64,000 bases of DNA, from contig CAWCKJ010000002.1 in NCBI GenBank assembly GCA_963796105.1, positions 256,001 through 320,000 on the forward strand, in the 5' to 3' direction. Shown piece by piece: positions 58,057-64,000 of the stretch. Within the stretch, counting starts at the first letter, position 1, and each line of letters begins with the position of its first letter. Under the pieces are notes generated by a model. The model was given only the letters and a program-made list of their open reading frames with translations. It was not told where the DNA came from and searched no databases. Source of the stretch: a candidate division FCPU426 bacterium. Its GTDB lineage: Bacteria; Oederibacteriota; Muellerivitia; Muellerivitales; Muellerivitaceae. Position numbers and translations under genes: made by a program.

Positions 58057-58838
58057 AACCCGCTTTTGCGGGGGAACTAGCAAGAAACGCGTTCTATTTC
58101 CTTACGAGTTGTTTTTTTATTTCTTTTTCAGTTTGGGCTCAGAATCCATCTTCACCCGTACGAGGAGCCGTGATAACTCCTACTCGGACATCAACCCCTT
58201 CTGATACGCCCACTCCAGCTCCTCTATATTCGGACTACTCCAGTGCTTATAACGCGGGTGCCCAGGCCGCCAATGAGAATAGATGGAAAGACTCCCTAAT
58301 TGCTTTTCAAACCGCTTTAAATTACGCCACCTCTTTCCAAACCCGCAGCGACTGCAGAAAGGGACTGGAAGAGGCGAAAGCGCAATTGAAAAATGCGCTT
58401 CCGACCCCAACTCCGATAGCGGCAATTGCCTTCACTCCAACGCCAGCCGGGAAGGTCGAATTATCACCTTTGACGGGTTTGCGTCTAGGTGTTTATTACT
58501 ACAAGCTCCACGACTTGAAAATGGCACTGTCAGAAGTAATGAAAGCCAAACCGAAAAGTTTAAGTCAAAAGACCTGCAGATATTTCATCCTTTATCGGAT
58601 CTATGTGAAAAAAGCTATGGAAACAGTGAAACAACAAAATGTCTGCCAAAGGGCCAAGGACAAAGCTTTGCGTTACAAAACTGAATGCCAGGAATTGATT
58701 TCAAGGGAAGGAAACAAACGGGCGTCTGAGAACAGTCACATCAAATCCTTACAGAAAAGCATAGATCCCATTAAGGAATTTCTGGATTGCTGCGATGAGG
58801 GCAAAGGGAATTGTGGGGACATTCCCGAGGACATTTGA
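58053..58838 (+). CDS. Exported hypothetical protein with Pro/Thr linkers
   Basis: Signal peptide ending VWA, TPT-rich linkers, helical TPR-like segments, Cys-containing C-terminus. Confidence 0.7.
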   Translation: MKPAFAGELARNAFYFLTSCFFISFSVWAQNPSSPVRGAVITPTRTSTPSDTPTPAPLYSDYSSAYNAGAQAANENRWKDSLIAFQTALNYATSFQTRSDCRKGLEEAKAQLKNALPTPTPIAAIAFTPTPAGKVELSPLTGLRLGVYYYKLHDLKMALSEVMKAKPKSLSQKTCRYFILYRIYVKKAMETVKQQNVCQRAKDKALRYKTECQELISREGNKRASENSHIKSLQKSIDPIKEFLDCCDEGKGNCGDIPEDI

Positions 58839-59105
58839 TTGAAAAGGTATAAACGAATATTTTATGAGGGGAAGCAAATAATATATGAAACAAAAGATGT
58901 TTTGATTTTACGAGAACTGGGGTTTGCGTTGATTTGTGATGGGAAAGGCAGGACTCGGAATGAATTAAGCGAACATTCGGGAATGACGGGTAATTTCATA
59001 GGTTTCGTGGAGCGGGGCGAGAGAAGTATTGCCTTAAAGAATATCGTCAATATCCATAAGGCTTTGGGTTGCCAGAATAAAAAAACTTTGAGGGAATTTG
59101 ATTAA
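58839..59105 (+). pseudogene. Degenerate XRE-family HTH regulator
   Basis: ELSEHSGM...FIG.VERGERSI.LKNI..I.KALG matches XRE helices 2-5; helix 1 is shortened and the nearest ATG (58885) is out of frame. Confidence 0.45.
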
Positions 59106-59179
59106 TTTTCTATCCGGAGAAAAAGGACAGTCTAACTGAAACTGTTATTTTTACCGCGAGGCAACGAGAAAACCTTAAA

Positions 59180-59695
59180 TTAAACCTCAGCCTTGCTTGA
59201 TAGTCCCGGAGTATCCTGAATCGAGAAGGTCAAAATTCCGCAAAGTCGTTCCTTCTCCTTTTCGTCAACCAAGCGGTCCATTTCAGGATATAAAATCCTG
59301 TTTTCCCGTGTTGAATGTTGTTGCATGAATTTCTTGAACTGTGCCTCATCGTCGAACAGGGAAATAACTTCTTTCCAATTGATATCGATCGCACTTAACC
59401 GGGAAGATCTCAGGGTGATTCGATTGAACCACTCCCTGATTTTCTTATGGTCCGTGGAAAAATCCTCAGTGTCACCGCCCGGTATATCGGCGGCTCTTTG
59501 CCTGAATAGCGGAAGAAGGAACTCATCTTCTTGCTTCATATGGTTCATCAAGGCTTTTCCTAATTGGTTTAACAATTTGATGGCTTGATTGAACTCGCCT
59601 TTGAGGAGTGATATCTGATGTTTTTCAAACAACTCTTTCATCTCAAGGTGGATTTGATTCAAGACTTGAAGATTTTTGCCCTTGATTTTTGCCAT
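59180..59695 (-). CDS. Hemerythrin (HHE) domain protein
   Basis: H......HQ, HM..E..FLLP, DH..I, H..RE..ILYP. Confidence 0.8.
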   Translation of the reverse strand: MAKIKGKNLQVLNQIHLEMKELFEKHQISLLKGEFNQAIKLLNQLGKALMNHMKQEDEFLLPLFRQRAADIPGGDTEDFSTDHKKIREWFNRITLRSSRLSAIDINWKEVISLFDDEAQFKKFMQQHSTRENRILYPEMDRLVDEKEKERLCGILTFSIQDTPGLSSKAEV

Positions 59696-60118
59696 ATTGA
59701 ATCCTTGGGTTCAAATATTATCAGGAAAAGAACTTTAAAAGAAGAATTCATTGTATTCTTTCAGCCCATAACTTAGTTGTTCCGGATTATAACTGGATTA
59801 ATTTATATACTCCATATGACTTGTTCGAATTCAATAAAATCCTTTAAAAATCATAAAATCAGTTACCTATGGTTACCGATGGTAATGATCTGTTCTTAAT
59901 ATCGTTTGATCATTTCATTGACTGGGAGCCTGGAAACAATTTGCTTTTGTACGCTCATTTCTTCCAAGAGGTTGATTCGTATTCGATATATTTTTGCCTT
60001 TCCTGGCCGTCGTTGCTTTTTGTGCTTGATGTTTTAACTCATGTAAACAAGGGTATCTGCAATCGATCTTTTTTTGACCAAGTGGTGGAATAGATTTATT
60101 TAGGTTTATAATCCAGGC

Positions 60119-61819
60119 ATGTTTACTACCCCAAACCCCCTTCTTAAGTGGTTCCTGCTTTTCTCGGTCGCTTTCAGCCTTCAAATCATACCCCGCTGGT
60201 GGAGTGATTCCGTCGTCATGGACGAGGAATGGAACCTCACTGCGTCTTATTACTATTTGAAAAAGGGCGATGTCATGACAAGTTGCGGAACCACGTTACC
60301 GGGTGCTCTTTGCGCGGCACCTCTGCTTTTCATGGACTTGAAAATGGATCCCAGGACCGGAATTGATTGGCGTAACCGTTCCCTCAGTCTTCTATTTATG
60401 AATAACCCGGGCAAACTGGAAAACATTACAACCTGGAGCCGATTTGTTTCACTCCTCCTTGGCTTGGGGATTGGGTATTTCCTTTATCGAGCTGTTCGGG
60501 ATGGCCCGATGTCACTCGGCCTCTCGGCCCTCGCCCTCTGGGCGTTTGAACCGACCCTGCTGGCCTTCAGTGGTACAGCCAAAACGGATATCTCCGTGGT
60601 ATTCTGGTTCTTCCTTTGTCTCCTTTATTACAAGCAAGTCCAAACCCATGAAAGATATTTTCATTTCGCCCTATTGGGTTTCCTGGCGGGGCTGACGTCC
60701 GCGACTCGATACAATGGTCTCTTTATTCTCCCCGTGCTTTTTACTCTGGAAATATTTAGTTTGCTAGATCAGGGATTAAGTTTTAAAAATTTTACAAAGC
60801 GGATTATCTTATGGGCCTTTACGGTGACTGGGTTTGCCGCTTGTATCTTGATAGCCTATTTTCCAGGAATATTTTTCTCGGTCAAACATCACTGGCCGAC
60901 CTCGATATTTTTTCTAAACATGGCCGCATATGTCACCCAGCGCAAAGCCATCGCGGATCAACTCGTATTTTTTGCAAATCATTATTGGCAAAACGGATCC
61001 TATCTTTGCTTTCCATACCATTTCTTTTATAAAAACACCCTTCCTTTTATTTTCCTGCTGGCTGCGGGCGGTATGCTGGCTTTTGCGAGAAAGGGAATTT
61101 TACCCAGATGGATCTGGGTTCCCCCTTTGGTTTACCTGGGACTGTTTTGGCTGATGGATAAATCCATGGACATCCGGCATGCATTGCCGGCGTATCCGTT
61201 TCTCATTCTTATCGCGGCCCAAGCGTTCCATTGGTTATGGTGTAAATGCCAGGCGTCCGTCTGGTGCTTTATTAGGTTCCTGCCGCTCATCCTTCTTCTT
61301 TGGCACGGAATCAGCGTACTTCACGCGTTTCCGCACCATATCGCTTATGCAAACGATTTGATGAAAAACACCAAAAAGCCCGGCTGCTTGTACTCGTTCA
61401 ATTGGAACCTGGGGCAGGACATGAAACGCTTGGCCGAGACGGCCAAAGAACGTGGCTGGCGAAGAGTGAAACTCATTACGGAACAAAGGACAGATCCCTA
61501 TTTTTACGGTTTATCCTGGGAACCCTGGACTGAGCAGGATTTTATCAAGCCCGAATTGGGAACGGTCTATGTTGTGGATCCTTCCATCTTTTTTGACCAT
61601 CAGTACTACGGAAATTTATACACGAATCCAAACGGGTGGTTGAGATATGCGCATTCTTCCGGGAATATCGGAGGTACCTTGTATTATTACGAAATTCCAG
61701 GCACTTGGGATCCCGCGCAAAAAGTCGATTCCCCTATGGTTAATTCTTTCATCTATTACGCCGATGGAATCCCCCCTTACAAACGCACCACTCCGCCCGA
61801 CACTTGGACCGCTCCATAA
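60119..61819 (+). CDS. GT-C fold membrane glycosyltransferase (ArnT/PMT-like)
   Basis: MDE after TM1, many TM helices, FEP.LLA....A.TD, G..AGL...T.Y.G, RH.LP.YPFL, N.GQD. Confidence 0.85.
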   Translation: MFTTPNPLLKWFLLFSVAFSLQIIPRWWSDSVVMDEEWNLTASYYYLKKGDVMTSCGTTLPGALCAAPLLFMDLKMDPRTGIDWRNRSLSLLFMNNPGKLENITTWSRFVSLLLGLGIGYFLYRAVRDGPMSLGLSALALWAFEPTLLAFSGTAKTDISVVFWFFLCLLYYKQVQTHERYFHFALLGFLAGLTSATRYNGLFILPVLFTLEIFSLLDQGLSFKNFTKRIILWAFTVTGFAACILIAYFPGIFFSVKHHWPTSIFFLNMAAYVTQRKAIADQLVFFANHYWQNGSYLCFPYHFFYKNTLPFIFLLAAGGMLAFARKGILPRWIWVPPLVYLGLFWLMDKSMDIRHALPAYPFLILIAAQAFHWLWCKCQASVWCFIRFLPLILLLWHGISVLHAFPHHIAYANDLMKNTKKPGCLYSFNWNLGQDMKRLAETAKERGWRRVKLITEQRTDPYFYGLSWEPWTEQDFIKPELGTVYVVDPSIFFDHQYYGNLYTNPNGWLRYAHSSGNIGGTLYYYEIPGTWDPAQKVDSPMVNSFIYYADGIPPYKRTTPPDTWTAP

Positions 61820-62010
61820 ATTAAATAAAAGAAATGGACTATGGCGATAAGTCTAATTGGGATTATCCAAACCTATAAAGACCCCAGAATCCCCTTATTT
61901 AAAGCCATTTGACTAGGCATTACTTAGACCTGTTTTTTTGAATTGTGGATAAAATACATTGTAATGAGGTTTTGTGGATTCCCATGCATGACGTTAAAGA
62001 ATGAGGTTTT

Positions 62011-64000
62011 GTGATATTCTTTAAAAGCGATTTAAAAAGAAACTTACTTGGTTTAATGGGTTTCATCTTGGCGCTAACCTCACAGACGGCCACGGCGGCG
62101 TCAATCCTGGGGCACATTAAGATCGACAACTTCGGCTACCGCACCGCCGACCAGAAGATCGCTTATTTCACCGCCAACCCCGGCGCGAGCGTTGGGGTCT
62201 ACAACGCCGCGACCAGCACCCTGGCTTACACCACCACGACAATCACCAGCAAAGGCACCGACCCGACCAGTCCGCAAATTTCAGGCGACACCTTATGGTG
62301 GGTTGATTTTTCCGCCTTTACCACGGCGGGCCAGTACTATTTGTACTCTTCCACCTTGACCGAACAGTCCTATAACTTCACGATCTTGGATTCCGTCTAC
62401 CAGGCGCCCATGTCGTCCACCCTCAAGGCAATCTATTACCAAAGGTGCGGGTGCACCCACCCCGCAGCTTACGCCGGGACCAACTGGTCCGACGCAGCCA
62501 CCTGCCATGCCTCGGACGCGACCTGCGCACCGGCGTCCGGATGCACCTTCCCTAACGCCTACGGCACCCTGAACCTCATGGGTGGCTGGCACGACGCGGG
62601 GGATTACAACAAGTACATCGGCTCCACACCATCCGGGGCCTGCGCCAACTGGGGAGGGGACAGCGGGGAAGCCCTTTGGGATTTCCTTACGGCTTACGAG
62701 TGGAATCCCACCCTTTTCGCAAGTATCACCAGCAATATCCCCGAGTCGGGCAACGGCATTCCCGACATCCTCAACGAGGCTAAGTGGGAATTGGACTGGT
62801 ACCTGAAGATGCAGATGACAGATAACCATATCCTTTCCGTCGTCCACGCGCCGGGGGGCGGCGGCTCCTCCCCCCCCAGCGCGGATACCACCGCGCGCAA
62901 TTACTATCCCCCCAACCCCGCGGGGGAGGCCCAGTTCGTCGCCATTATGTCCCACGCCGCCCGGGTGATGTCCGGGGTCTCGGGATTGGCCAGCTACGCC
63001 ACGACGCTCCGCACCGCGGCCGAAAAAACCTGGAACAGCTTCGTGGCCACGGCCGCCGCGAGCGACCAGCGGTTCTGGGCCGCCGCCGAGATCTTCCGCA
63101 TGGAGGAGGCCCTGGGCGGACCGGCCTCCATCACCAGCGCGGCGCAATCCATCGTGGACAACTACAAGGCCTGGAACGGGTTTTGGCTCAACGAGGATTT
63201 GTTCCAGCAGAACTGGGGCATGTTGACCTACATGCAGGCCGCCAACGCCACGGCTTCGGTCGTCACCTACATGAAGGCGGATTGGGGCACCTTAATCAAC
63301 GATCTTTTCGGCCAGAACGATTATTACAACTCGGGCATGCATAGTTACGACTATTTCTGGGGGGCCGACGAGGTGAAGATGAACTATGGCATGCAACTGG
63401 TGTGGGCTACCAAACTGGGGGGAACTGCGATGGGTACCTACACCAGCGCCCAGTGCATCCAGCACGCCGAGGACTTCCTACATTACATGAACGGAAGCAA
63501 CCCGATTAACATGACCCTCATGACCAATGCGGCGGCGATTGGGGCCTCCCACGGGGTTTGGCGCATTTACCACCAGTGGTTTGGAAATTACAGCGTCACT
63601 TCTTCCTATAATAATTTCATCGGTAAACCAGCCTCGGTTGTCGATCCCCTTTACCCTTATTACACGGGGACGGACAATTTCGGCATCAGCGACAGCGGCC
63701 CCTCCAGCTTCGGCCCGCCGCCGGGAATCGTTCCGGACGGGCCCAGCCATGGGTACGCCGCCGACAATGGAACAGCCCAACCGCCCATGTTGGCCGGTAA
63801 CGCGGAACCCCCCTATGAAAAGGAATACCGGGATTGGGATTGGGTGGATCCTAACGGTAACCAAAGCGTGCCCTGGGTCGTGAATGAAACGGGCCTTTAC
63901 TACACCGGTTCCTACATGACTTTGGCCTCGTTCTTTGTCACCTCCACGAGTTCCACGCCGACCTCTACGCCAACCTTGACGAAGACATCAAGCCCAACTT
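62011..64000 (+). CDS. Secreted glycoside hydrolase family 9 with N-terminal Ig-like domain (3' end outside window)
   Basis: Translated by hand from GTG 62011: signal peptide, IKIDNFGY....QKIA, YYQRCG, GGWHDAGDYNKY, NIPESGNGIPDILNEAKWELDW, VVNE (catalytic acid position), then a Ser/Thr/Pro linker. Confidence 0.93.
   Translation, partial: MIFFKSDLKRNLLGLMGFILALTSQTATAASILGHIKIDNFGYRTADQKIAYFTANPGASVGVYNAATSTLAYTTTTITSKGTDPTSPQISGDTLWWVDFSAFTTAGQYYLYSSTLTEQSYNFTILDSVYQAPMSSTLKAIYYQRCGCTHPAAYAGTNWSDAATCHASDATCAPASGCTFPNAYGTLNLMGGWHDAGDYNKYIGSTPSGACANWGGDSGEALWDFLTAYEWNPTLFASITSNIPESGNGIPDILNEAKWELDWYLKMQMTDNHILSVVHAPGGGGSSPPSADTTARNYYPPNPAGEAQFVAIMSHAARVMSGVSGLASYATTLRTAAEKTWNSFVATAAASDQRFWAAAEIFRMEEALGGPASITSAAQSIVDNYKAWNGFWLNEDLFQQNWGMLTYMQAANATASVVTYMKADWGTLINDLFGQNDYYNSGMHSYDYFWGADEVKMNYGMQLVWATKLGGTAMGTYTSAQCIQHAEDFLHYMNGSNPINMTLMTNAAAIGASHGVWRIYHQWFGNYSVTSSYNNFIGKPASVVDPLYPYYTGTDNFGISDSGPSSFGPPPGIVPDGPSHGYAADNGTAQPPMLAGNAEPPYEKEYRDWDWVDPNGNQSVPWVVNETGLYYTGSYMTLASFFVTSTSSTPTSTPTLTKTSSPT

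Noticed and set aside
61944..61952. Perfect DnaA box TGTGGATAA
   Set aside because: A single copy is plausible by chance; there is no cluster.

Overview
Chromosomal window from a diderm bacterium (TonB-dependent receptor, AsmA, beta-barrel proteins). Several secreted proteins carry Pro/Thr linkers, which recalls candidate phylum FCPU426; this is inference only. The left ~27 kb is accessory-rich and is bracketed by two oppositely oriented RpoD-like sigma factor paralogues. It holds a ~900 bp non-coding array of several repeat families spaced mostly at whole helical turns (21/32/42/52/74 bp), directly upstream of a membrane-anchored winged-helix protein, which is the best candidate for an undescribed system. 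It also holds an intact IS1380-family element with a 5 bp target duplication, a chemosensory operon lacking CheR/CheB, two families of dispersed palindromic repeats, an OlsF-like acyltransferase, an ABC exporter and a solitary pilin. The right part is more housekeeping: ABC-F, csp, bshB1, recA, AsmA, mazG, a membrane protein with two apparently inactive Mrr domains, a very acidic protein, a fabG-fabF-bioF-bioD-bioA cluster, rimO-pgsA-pgpA-cinA-thpR, an M24 peptidase, a GT-C glycosyltransferase, and a GH9 glycoside hydrolase that runs off the window end and is absent from the ORF track. No rRNA, complete tRNA or CRISPR array was seen. All calls come from reading motifs by eye; no database search was run.
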